From contig NMRA01000418.1 of NCBI GenBank assembly GCA_002633005.1, positions 144,435-181,015 on the forward strand: DNA of 36,581 bases. The letters run 5' to 3'. Shown here in pieces: positions 23,751 to 34,990 of the stretch. The DNA comes from Phoronis australis (taxonomy: Eukaryota; Animalia; Phoronida). The position numbers were made by a program, and so were the translations under genes. The notes under the pieces are model-generated. The model saw nothing but the letters and a program-made list of their open reading frames with translations, made no database searches and was not told where the DNA came from. Within the stretch, counting starts at the first letter, position 1. Each line of letters opens with the position of its first letter.

Positions 23751-25689
23751 ACAAATACTCCACGGCAGTTGGTAGTGAAAAAAAAAACTTGTTTTCGCTT
23801 GACCAGAACCAAGCCAACATGAGCAATTTTGAGGATAATGCCTCTGCACAATCACCTGTTCTGGGTCAACTCACTTAATGTACGCACACTATATGCATTA
23901 ACGCGCTAAAATAAAGCGTGCAGAATATTATTTACTTTCTACAAAATTGTGGTGCATTGCTATCAAAATTCGTTGTTAAATTACGATCATTTTTCATAAA
24001 ATTGTGTTGAAGTCCCAGGGCAAAATCTTGACGACAAATGCGTAGCTGCCGGTCTCGCAATCGTCGATAGGGCTTGAATTCTTGAATAAGAATACAGCTT
24101 CGACTCAACAAATTACCTGAAATCCTCCTCAAGTTTTCCAAATAGCGTCTCTAAGATTTTTAAGTTCTTGTGGAGTCTGGATTAACTGCAGATTAAGTCC
24201 AAATCTGCGCTAGATTGTAGCCCGCAACACGATAAAAATCTCTGGAGGAACACACATGTTGTTGTCACGTGACGTTTGTTTTGAAGTTTGTACATGTATG
24301 CGTGTGTGACAGTAAGCGTGCGTGTGCTTATCAGAGTTCATTTCCCAGAGTAATGTAATGATCTATAGGTTACGGAAATTGCCGGTGAGTTACGGAAGTA
24401 GCGACATCGTGACTTTACGCGACAAAGCGGCAATTTCCGAACCGTCCTTGACCTCGACGTGTGTGGGGGCTCTTTGTGAACATTTTTGGACATTGACTGC
24501 GAATTTCTTACGAAGTCGCCGTAACAGGACACCTTGAATGGTATTGGGAGAAAGAACAATTCTTCATGGTTTGTTGAACCCCTGTTTTGTGCAAATTTAT
24601 TGAGTTTTATGTTTGCTATGGACGGCTGAAGTGAAGCACCCGTGGAATTTCAAGTCCGACCGAAGTGTCATACCTTGTAGTATTATATGTAGTGTATTGG
24701 GGACGATCAGAAGCTGAGGACGCCTGTGGTTCAGTCACGCCTGGAAAAGTTGCTGAAAAACAGAACGCTGTCATGAGTGATGCTTGAAACACATTTTGAC
24801 AAAATAGCTTACGAGATTACCTTTTAAAGAGAGGAAGAAACAGCAAACGGTCCACAAAGTTGGTGCTTCCATTCTATGTTGATCTGGCTAGTGGTCGTGG
24901 TGACGAATGTAAGACAGACGACAAACTTTTAAAAGGGCGCCAATGTGTGGTTTCTCCGAGTTATCACTAGATAGCGCTGCTATCTGCGGCTCGGATCGAC
25001 TGCATGTACTTGTGAAAGAAGTCGTTACTCTGGCGAAAAACGATTAACTAATAGAAAGTGAAATTTATCCGTTGCTGTATAAAATAAACAGAAGCAAGCA
25101 AATTGCGCAAGTAAAACGTTTGACAACACAAAATCATATCTGTTAAAATCCATCATTGAACCCGGCTAAAGAGCATTTACTGATAGCCGGTAGACAAAAA
25201 GCCGTGCTCACTTCATACTCAAGCTGGGAAGAAAGATTGAGAATCCTTTCTAAATAAAAAATCATTTTTATGTCTTGCTAAATAATTAAGAGTTATCCAG
25301 GGCCCACAGGTTTCGCCTTTAAAACGACGCGAATCTGCCTGAATTCGTGTAAAATATGCAAACACTATCGGGATTACAACCAACAATGGCATCTATGACG
25401 CGAATTATATATGCCTGATCATTCTCGTTCACGTCGCTTTGCAAAATCTCTCACTCATCAGTTTCATTCGCGCACCCAGCCTAAAACATTGGGGAGGGGT
25501 CTCGAAGTTTTTGGTATGTGGACCTTTCGACAAAAATCAACGGGGACTAAAAAAACAGGCTTCTAGGTTTAGCGCAGAATTCGTGTGGACTTTTGTCTCG
25601 TTTACACGGAAACTTTTTTTTCGCCAAATTCGTCAATTTGGGTCTCGATCGAGCCTCTGAACCCTCCTGGGTGCGCCCATGAGTATGTG

Positions 25690-27325
25690 TTTGTGATGCC
25701 ACTATCGCCGACGAAAGACATTGATGTAAACGACACGAAAGATTGTTAAACAAACTATCAAAGGCTAACGGACAGCTTAATTTGAATGAAACACATGAGT
25801 ACAGGAAGCAATAACTGTTGCAAAACACATTGGTGGCGGTATGCGAAAGCTAACAGCAATTTGACTAGTCAAATCAAAACAGTATGGCGTCAATTTGAAG
25901 GAAACGCAAAAAATCATTTAGGATGCATGAAATTTTGCAACGTATCCACTCGTATGCTGAAAATGAGCACTGAGACTAAGTCTACAAACACGGTCATTAA
26001 AAGGCCTTGATAATTTAAATAAAGGTGCTACCTTCACAAGAGCGAAAAACAAATAAATTTGTCATCAACTTACAGATGATGAACATAATTTCTGTCATTA
26101 GCGATGAGTGTACACCTTGAACCTCGATTTGATTCGTACAAAAACATGTTGAACTTGGTAAAACTATACCATGATATTGAAATCTTTAAGAGAGACGGCT
26201 TTGTTAATGTTAGTAAGAACATTAAAGAAAAACTGAAAGCAGAAGGGACAAAAACAGATCCAACTCAAGAAATTCCAAAAGCGTCTTAACCATTGTGCGT
26301 GCTGCCGCTAAACAACTTCGGGACAATGATGGTATTGTGATTAGAAAGTCTGAGTACCAGGCTAAGCTGAATGACATCATCGCCAACACGGCAAATTTTC
26401 AGAGTATAAATCTTAACCCCATGTATTAACATTAAGAACTAACGCAGTTTAATTAAGGTGGCTATCGTTCACAAGAATTAAGTAAGCCCCATTTCCAATT
26501 TGCTGGGGGGGGGGGGTTCTGAAGGATGCTTCTATGGTAACCCAAAGCACATAAACCTGGGTATCCACGGAAACCCATCATTTCTCAAATGCGAACCCCT
26601 ACGTGCCAAGTAGCTGAAACATTAGATAAACTCATCAAACAGTATTTACCAGTGGCGGACTTAGAGGGGAGCCAAGGGGGCCGTGGCCCCCTAAAAATCT
26701 TACAGATTCCATTTGGCAGTTCGGGGGTGCGAAAGTTTCACGGGCAACGTCCTGGCTAATACTCTGAACTAGCCCCCCTAGCTCAAAATCCTGGATCCGC
26801 CCCTGCTTACTATATATGTACAATGTCAAATCTTGGGATGACTTTTCAGAGTTTTTACGATCTACATGTATTAACACAACGCCAAATGTCTATCCAGCAT
26901 CTCTTGGTGTTGAAAACCTATTCATTAACATTCCTGTTGTCGAAACTGTAGAAACCATAATTTCTTTAATTGTGTGTAAAGTCACGTATTAGTGGCTCCT
27001 AACATTCCTAACATGGAACTACTAGTTTTGCTATTACTTTGTACGACAAAAGTACCATTTAACAATATTGACGGAAAACTATATTTACAAAGCAATGGTG
27101 TCTCTCGGACCAACATTTTTGCCGCTGAATTTTACGTGTGTAACCTTGCAACTAAAGTTATTGAGAGGACTACAATGTACCTCAGACATGTTGATGATAA
27201 ATCTATGATCGTTAACTACAATGAGCTGAAGGAGATCAAACTTGCTTTTAAGAAAAATTCACGCATGAATTACAAGCTAGCAACAAGCCGCCGTTTTTAG
27301 ACATTGTCATTGATTGTCACCTTTT
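25690..27325 (+). mobile_element. Decayed Penelope-like element (N-terminal domain plus RT), with multiple stops and frameshifts; GIY-YIG part missing
   Basis: Across frames: LTDDEHNFLSL, KLYHDIE...EKLKAEGTK, AAKQLRDNDGIVIRKS, FYGNPK/HKPGYPRKPIISQ, TLDKLIKQYL, SLGVENLFINIPVVETV, LLLCTTKVPF..IDGKLYLQSNGVS, YLRHVDD and FLDIVI. This is the motif order of Penelope-type RT. Confidence 0.88.
26650..26805. mobile_element. Small hAT-type MITE inserted in the Penelope-like RT
   Basis: Termini CAGTGGCGGA ... TCCGCCCCTG with GC-rich ggggccgtggcccc and gcccccc subterminal motifs. It interrupts the RT reading frame after KQYL. The TSD is unclear. Confidence 0.75.
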
Positions 27326-27331
27326 TCCCCG

Positions 27332-28007
27332 TGTTATAGACCAGTGCTAATAGCTTTCGGTGCGCCGATTGACCTGAAGACTGGTTCGAGTTAATCCTTT
27401 ATCAAGTTAATCCCGACCGTGTGTTCACATGCCTACTCAAACAAAACGTCCGAAGTAATATCTGTTTATGCTCCAGCGCTGCGAAGCCTTTACTTGTGAT
27501 GAACTTCTGAGACACGTTCAGCAACTGTTATACTCGTCGATTCAATAACCTGCTGTCTCTAAGCTGGCTCTCTATTGACTATCGCTGTAACTGTTGATTC
27601 TCTTCACTGCAACTCAACTGTAGTTCTCCTGATCAGCATTCTTGATGAACTGACTTGATCTTCTCTTACTCTGACTTAATCTTCACTTAAACTGACTTGA
27701 TTTCACTAACACAAACCCGTGCTTGTGTATTGATAGTCTAATGCATTGTTCTCGAACTTTTCATCAATTCAAGCACATTCTAGAACTTCCCTGAATCTAC
27801 CCAACCATTCTATAAACATGTACTAGTCTCTAGAGTATTCTAGACTGTATTAATCACTGTAATGCTAGAGTCTTTTAGAAAGTACCACACTATATTGTAG
27901 TGAACAAATTACATCATCACTACTGAACTCAGTCTACTAGAAAGTTCCATACTATTCTGTAGTAAACAAATTACATCATCATTGTACTCAACTCAGGGGT
28001 CATGACA
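27332..28007 (-). mobile_element. Probable solo LTR (676 bp)
   Basis: TG...CA ends with a short inverted repeat (TGTTATAGACC / GGTCATGACA), an internal 62-bp tandem duplication (aacaaattacatcatca x2) and repeated actgacttgat motifs. It truncates the Penelope-like element. No TSD is seen, and orientation is inferred. Confidence 0.5.
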
Positions 28008-28121
28008 ATCAAACATAATAACAAAACAAAACAATACAACCAAAAATACTGTCAGACTATATTCTGCATTGATTATGATGAATCTGGCGTAAAACGTCTG
28101 TGTAATTATAGGAAACCAACA

Positions 28122-28251
28122 TACCGAGAGTGGCGTAGATGAAGTGATATCCCCGAAATATTATTCCTTGTATTGACCGAGACCGAGGTTCGAGGTCAAC
28201 ACGCAGAATAATGTCGAGTCGGATAATACTTCATCTACGCCAATCGAGGTA
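28122..28251. repeat. 130-bp foldback (hairpin) sequence
   Basis: TGGCGTAGATGAAGT (28131-28145) pairs perfectly with 28228-28242. Inner stems are ATTATTC/GAATAAT and TTGACC/GGTCAA. Confidence 0.9.
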
Positions 28252-29432
28252 ACTTTTGTATACATCCCGTACGCTTCAACTTCCTAAGATCATTTTTTGG
28301 TAGTTTTTTCTAGTACAAAGGAGTTTTAGTGTAACTTGAAAAGATGAAAACAACGGTAATTGTGCAATGAGCTTGTAACATTTCCTGGAAAATAGTTATA
28401 AGTAAGAACAAGAAATACTTGATATTGTAGTTACCGAGGAATCGGCGCCTGGGTTGCAGACAATGTAATATTTAGCGATTGAAAACTGAGACAAAAGTGT
28501 CATATAATTAACAGTTTTGTACCGAATGTTACGTTTGGGACCTGGTAGCATAATGAATATTACTTATACTGTTGTAATTTTATTACTTCACAATTTTAAA
28601 AAGTTTGATGATCGAACAGCGTAACGAAATCGAGTCGACATTGATATGCGTGTGCGTGTCCATGTGCGTGTGCGAGTGCGTGTGCAACAATGGGCATAGT
28701 TACTTAAAACACGAGAAACTGCATAAGGGGGTTTGGAAAGAAATACCGAAGGTTTCGTTATCACATGGGACTGTTTTTACCTCACCAAGTGACCCGTCTT
28801 GACAAATCATCATGGAGCCTGTTCGCAAACAAAAATATTACCTTTTTTGAGCACAAGACTTAGCTCTAATTTGAGCAAGAATAAGTCTTATAACTAGAAG
28901 TTGATGTCTTAAGCTGGGCAATTTGATAGCTGTACATGTTTACGAAAGAACGAAAAGAATACACCTAAGACCCACCGTGTTAAAAATCCTCCCTTTCTAC
29001 AAAACGTATCATTTGAGATACTGACTCACGAATGTATTTCATGTCAAAAGACTTAATCTGCATCAAAAATTATAGACTATATTCTATGATCTGCATTAAC
29101 AACACAGGAGTGTTTAATCTATGATTTCAACAAGATGTAATACTCTGGGAAGTAATGTTCAATAACAAGTGAGGGTTGCCGATCACTACAAAGAATTATT
29201 TTGTTTCTGAATCAGGGATTGAAAAGTCATTTTAGTACCTGTTATGCCAAAATCAAGTTTAGTTTTCCTTTCAACTCGCAGATCTTGAAGAATTATGATT
29301 TTTTGGTCGATACATATCACGCAGAATAGATACAACCGATTACATCATTATTCATCATGCACTGTGTTTAGCAAGATAAGTCGTGTGATACTGCTGCTCG
29401 TTTTCAAGTGTATTATGGCCGGCATGTGTTAA

Positions 29433-30332
29433 AGGCGAAGGCAAAATATTTTCATGCCATTTTTATGAAAAATAAGGTTCGTTGATTATCCCAGACATAT
29501 TTACCACTTAATTACAGCTTTTCGTAATTTGACTAATTATTCGTTTTCTACTCCGGAAGTGACGTTTTAGGAGGCAAGGATTTCGCGCCAATTTCTTTTC
29601 CCGTAGTCTGACTATATGAGCGTTGATGAGTCAGTCATAGATCTACCTCGGTTGTCACAAGCTCAGTCGTCGTTTGCTTTTGTTTACGAGTCAGTCAACA
29701 TGCCAGACTGTTGCTGCCTACCGGGATGTACTCATTATGGCCCAAAACCTGTAAGCAGCCCTGCTGTGATATTGAGTACGAGTGAATACAGGCCCCGTTC
29801 GCCACCCAGTGAAGAGGACAGTTCGTCGTTCAATGAACAGGTCGGTGAGCCAAACTTTGATAAGTTAATTGTAGACTTGTCTAAAGTATTGGAGCTATTT
29901 AGAAGGTGCCAGGTGTTTGGCGATTGTGTCACACGGCAGGGTGTAAGCAGTTTGCGTGCACAAGTCACTATCAGTGGGAGTGTGCCGCGAACACTCGGGC
30001 AAGTGGGACAGTTGTTCCTCTGTCCGTGGGACGATAATGAGTACATTCCGGTTCGCAGCAACAGTGTGGCATGTTGACTGACTCGTAAACAAAAGCACAC
30101 GATGACCGTACTTATCAAAACCGCGAAATAGAAAAATGACCGACAGGGCAGCTCTCACAGTCAGAATATACGAAAAGAAATGGGGGGAACTTCTTGCCTC
30201 CCAAAAAGTCACTTCCAGAGCAGTGAACGAATAGTTAATCAAATTACGAAAAGCTGTAATTAAGGGAAAAATATGTCTGGGATAACCAACGAACCTTATT
30301 TTTGGTAAAAAAGACATGAAAAAAGGTTGCCT
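29433..30332. mobile_element. Internally deleted Kolobok-like DNA transposon with ~310-bp imperfect TIRs and TTAA TSD
   Basis: TTAA|AGGC ... GCCT|TTAA. The sequences aaaaataaggttcgttg.ttatcccagacatattt and ttaattacagcttttcgtaatttga are mirrored at 30235-30305. The core encodes MPDCCCLPGC (THAP-like start) and KLIVDLSKVLELFRRCQ (transposase-like fragment). Confidence 0.85.
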
Positions 30333-30854
30333 TTAAACAATGGCACTGCGTGTGTGGTGGTTGTGACAACTCAGTAACTGATCAAGCTGTGGCTCTATTC
30401 ACTTTCGGGACACGGGAGAAGCGCATACATGGTACGGCATATTAAAGAAAAAGCTCGCTTTTTGGTGGACATGCCGCAAACGCGCTGGATATGTTCTTTC
30501 GTCACATCCAAGTCCGTGGACGTCAGACACTTTCAACTGAAGCCATCATTTGGTTTTTGCTACATTGAATTCAGGGTGGTGGCATGCAATGATATAAAAG
30601 AGGGTTCGATGTTGCTCACAATGTAGCCACTCGACAGAACACACCATTATTAAAATGGTGCCCTCTTGAAATATCTAAACAGGTAGCGATTGTCAACTCA
30701 AGGACATAAATAGTTTCAGAAACTAGTCGAATCAAATGTGCTCATGTCGTTCACAATACTTTTACATTGTCATGTTAGGCTAAATGTCCGGTCTGAAATG
30801 TACATTGCTAGGAAAAATCACTTTGAAACGATTCCATGGTTAGCTGATCCATTC

Positions 30855-31530
30855 NNNNNNNNNNNNNNNNNNNNNNNNNNNNNNNNNNNNNNNNNNNNNN
30901 NNNNNNNNNNNNNNNNNNNNNNNNNNNNNNNNNNNNNNNNNNNNNNNNNNNNNNNNNNNNNNNNNNNNNNNNNNNNNNNNNNNNNNNNNNNNNNNNNNNN
31001 NNNNNNNNNNNNNNNNNNNNNNNNNNNNNNNNNNNNNNNNNNNNNNNNNNNNNNNNNNNNNNNNNNNNNNNNNNNNNNNNNNNNNNNNNNNNNNNNNNNN
31101 NNNNNNNNNNNNNNNNNNNNNNNNNNNNNNNNNNNNNNNNNNNNNNNNNNNNNNNNNNNNNNNNNNNNNNNNNNNNNNNNNNNNNNNNNNNNNNNNNNNN
31201 NNNNNNNNNNNNNNNNNNNNNNNNNNNNNNNNNNNNNNNNNNNNNNNNNNNNNNNNNNNNNNNNNNNNNNNNNNNNNNNNNNNNNNNNNNNNNNNNNNNN
31301 NNNNNNNNNNNNNNNNNNNNNNNNNNNNNNNNNNNNNNNNNNNNNNNNNNNNNNNNNNNNNNNNNNNNNNNNNNNNNNNNNNNNNNNNNNNNNNNNNNNN
31401 NNNNNNNNNNNNNNNNNNNNNNNNNNNNNNNNNNNNNNNNNNNNNNNNNNNNNNNNNNNNNNNNNNNNNNNNNNNNNNNNNNNNNNNNNNNNNNNNNNNN
31501 NNNNNNNNNNNNNNNNNNNNNNNNNNNNNN
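30855..31530. other. Assembly gap (676 N)
   Basis: Run of N; the ORFs spanning it are artefacts. Confidence 1.
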
Positions 31531-34400
31531 NAAAACATGTTCACAAAAAAACAAATCTTAGGTTCTCAAAACACTATGTATTTTTCTTAACACCAGAAAA
31601 CGATGCGGTTTTAATAAAAGAGTACTTCATTGTTGTGTTACTGCAATACTGTAAATCAAACGGATTGTGTAAATGAATAAAAAACGAGATAAACAAAGTA
31701 AATCTCGAAAACAAAAAACACCTTCATCAATCAAACAATAAACGAACATTACATCAACAAAAACACGTTGTATGTAAAAACACAATACGGTTCACTAAAA
31801 GTAAATATTACGTTCACAAAACAGTAGGCATTTTGCTGAGCACTAGAATATAATACTGTCTTCACTGCCTGCCTTCGTGACAGTTGCGGACTATAAATGA
31901 GGTGTAATGACCAAATAAATAACAAGCAAAATACAATCAATTTTAATAATTAATTAACACGTTCACCAATGAAGTAACCATTGAACATCAGGCACGTAAA
32001 AAATAAATCTGGTTCATAAAAAAACACATGCTAAGTTATCAATTGATCACGCGACTGGAACATTTTGCGGACAATTGTAAAAGTAATACCATTTTAACTT
32101 TGGAGTACATTGTTTTCTGTCTTCGCGACGGTTGTGGCGTAGGAAATCAGCAGGAATGTTCAAAATAAAAAAGTGGCGCAGAACCAGCCTCTGCTGACGT
32201 CAAACCTTTAAAAGGTCGTGTAGGCCTTCGCCATCACGACAAAGGCTGTCCCGAGCACAATTTTGTTTGGAATGTTGTGGCGTCCAGCCGACGCTGCAAG
32301 AAAATGTTAATGGGATGTTTATGTACAATTATCAAGATTTTGACTAAATTACCTGGAACCAGAACAACGTTAGAAAAACTTTGCCATGTAAACCTCACAC
32401 TGTGCTCAATATTCTGAAAGGGCCTCAGTCCTGCCAACAACTTAATACGATGCACATTAAAGAGCAGGGTGGGTTGGGTCAGCTTCTTAAAAAAACGAAT
32501 TGTTTGATGTAGATTTTGAGGCGTTGTTCATTTTAATGACATGCAGTGGACTCCAGTAAACTGAAATTAACACAAGGTGATCATGATTGAAAATATTTTT
32601 GACAAAGGCCAGTAGTTGAGTGATAAGGGACTGGAAACTGTACAACTTTCAACATATGGTGGAGACACCTCAAGAGTTTGATATGGGACCTGAACCAGGA
32701 TGAAAGGACGAAAGGTTTTGGCAGCGTGCAGGCCAGACTTGCACATTTAGCTATTGATGACGAATAATTTATAAGGATAGAGTGTGTTGTCAGGGCCAGT
32801 GTGAGGTAGTTGAAAACAACATTCATGGTTTACCACAATGCCCTGCTTACCATGAGCTTAGGTCAGATATGATCAATACATTGAATATAGGATAGGAGAA
32901 TATAGGATACTGTCAAGGGGGAAGTGCTTCGATATATCTGCCCATGCGTTATCAACAATGTTCCAGTGTTAGTGATGAAGAAGCAGAAACGTGATATACT
33001 CGCTGATTATTGTCAACTGAAGACCTACTTATAAAAAATAATACCGTTTGGTATTCATCACTTTTGTTGTTCTCAGTTGTAAGGTTTCTAATAGGTCCAG
33101 AAAGACTCTCAACTGTATTGTAATCCTGAAAATGTTTGAAAAGAATAAAACTAAAATTTATCTACCTACATGTATCTGTTTTTTTTCTTCCATAAATGAG
33201 AAAGCCATACAAAAAGATTGAAGGGGAAAATAGTTTTAGTAGATTGTATTTGATGTAACTATTCCGATATCTGTCATAACCTAGTTTAGACACATCAGAT
33301 ATTCAAGTTATTTTACATGTAATTATGGAGGCATCAGAGTAATGTATTCTATAGCCAAGTTAATTTACGATGTTCCTGAAAATTAATTTTTGCACAATTA
33401 ACGTGGCCAAAAATACACTTCCATTCGTCACATCTGTGTCAAGCCTCATTTTTGCAACACCAACTACATGGCAAACTGTTATGAGTTAGATGTCATCTTC
33501 ATAATGTCAATCACCTATTACGGTAATCAACGCTGATATGCAGATTGGTCAAGTAAACCAAAGGCTTATGTGCAGGCATGATATCTAAACATTCTCTTAT
33601 TTTCATGGCATGCATTTGATGCGGGCCAAACGTTCAACCCGACAAAAGTACACAGGGTATTGTTGAGGTTTACTGCCCTTGTGAAGCATTTTACGACAAG
33701 ATTACAGGTTCACAGGAATGTTATTATAATTTTATGTCAAGTTACGTCTTCTATTTCACAGCATACATGAGGGGCCTGACAATATAATTAAACCTGGTAA
33801 AACAGCAAACTTACAAAACGATTAGTCAACTGGACATTTAGATGCTGAAGTTACCTTAGAAGCAAACAATACATCAAACCACGCAAAGCTTTTACTGACC
33901 ACTGTTTGTGGTGTGGGAACAGTTGCTAAGGTTATCATTCCGAATTAAAGTTTATTATAAAATTTCAAGAAGCCCTGTTTATGAATGGCGAGAATGTACT
34001 GTGTAACCCAATGTAACTTAATTTATACAGATTATATTGTCATCATATCGACAAGTACAGCAGTTTAAGATAAAACTTTTGGACTAAATGCATCAGAGTA
34101 AAAACGAGTTGAAACAAATCCACGTAATGTCAATGGACCTTCAGAAGAAATACTGTGAAGCATTAGAGCACGATACAATTCCGATTTCACAATTCCTTAA
34201 ACCACATTCGCAACATTTGGAAAAATACTACAAAATGTTATCCACAGAAGTGACCACAGGACAATTGATCAAGAAACATTGAGTTCGCAAGAGAAGAGTT
34301 GCAGTTTGAACAAATCAAATAAGTAGATTAATGGTTCTTGTGAAAGTGGTATACCGGTGAGCATAGTTAATTTTTGAACAAGAGAAAAATATTAGCATAC

Positions 34401-34436
34401 CTCCACCTTCTCCACTTCCAGTTGGTTTAACGGTAT
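34401..34436 (-). CDS. 36-nt symmetric micro-exon, (D)TVKPTGSGEGG
   Basis: gctaaattacgatttacag|ATACCGTTAAACCAACTGGAAGTGGAGAAGGTGGAG|gtatgc is open in phase 1-1. The splice sites are conserved in the paralogous copy at 34955-34990. Confidence 0.65.
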
Positions 34437-34954
34437 CTGTAAATCGTAATTTAGCTTTTCATTAAATATTCCGGTAAAAGTGTGGTCTCCACACAAGTGA
34501 TGAAAAGTCACAGTGCGCCAATGAAACACGCAAACTTAATCTAGACTGCTGAGTGTTGGTAGAATGGGTATACAGCTAGCTGGGTACAGTTGACACCTAT
34601 CTTGTGTTCAGAACGTCTACGCCACAAAAGGCGAGTGCTCATGCCAAGTTCAAACTCATGCCAGTCGCTATAGTTCACCTTCCCACAGCAAAGGGTTTTC
34701 AAGGGTTAAGGTTCTCGATCATACTGTAATAATCACTTTGCCAAACTTAAGTGAGACTATTGACATATAGACCCTGAATGCTGCGATATCAGTATGAAAG
34801 CTTGAACATACAGGTAGCTTTCTTTGCTTTCCCAGCATGTCTTACTTCTCACTTGGTCAAACACTCTTTTGAGAGCGACATGTGGTTTGCCTACTTATAT
34901 GATCAGTCTTCAGAGATTAAAGTTAATTTTGAGTTAGAGAAAAATATTTCATAC

Positions 34955-34990
34955 CTCCACTTTTTCCATTTTCTGTTGGCTTAACGGTAT
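34955..34990 (-). CDS. 36-nt symmetric micro-exon, (x)TVKPTENGKSG
   Basis: actgaattatgatttacag|ATACCGTTAAGCCAACAGAAAATGGAAAAAGTGGAG|gtatga has the same length and phase as 34401-34436. Confidence 0.65.

Noticed and set aside
25420-25480. Possible hammerhead ribozyme beside the Penelope-like element (minus strand CTGATGA-stem-AAA)
   Set aside because: The GAAA core lacks its G, stem I has no complementary arm, and it is antisense to the ORF. An Infernal search would settle it.
30738-31676. Three long ORFs (312, 248 and 234 aa)
   Set aside because: They are open only because they run through the 676-N gap.
32160-34300. Decayed plus-strand SWIM/YqaJ-type transposon exons (e.g. FIRIECVVRASV)
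   Set aside because: Only fragmentary resemblance with many stops. It cannot be supported without a profile search.
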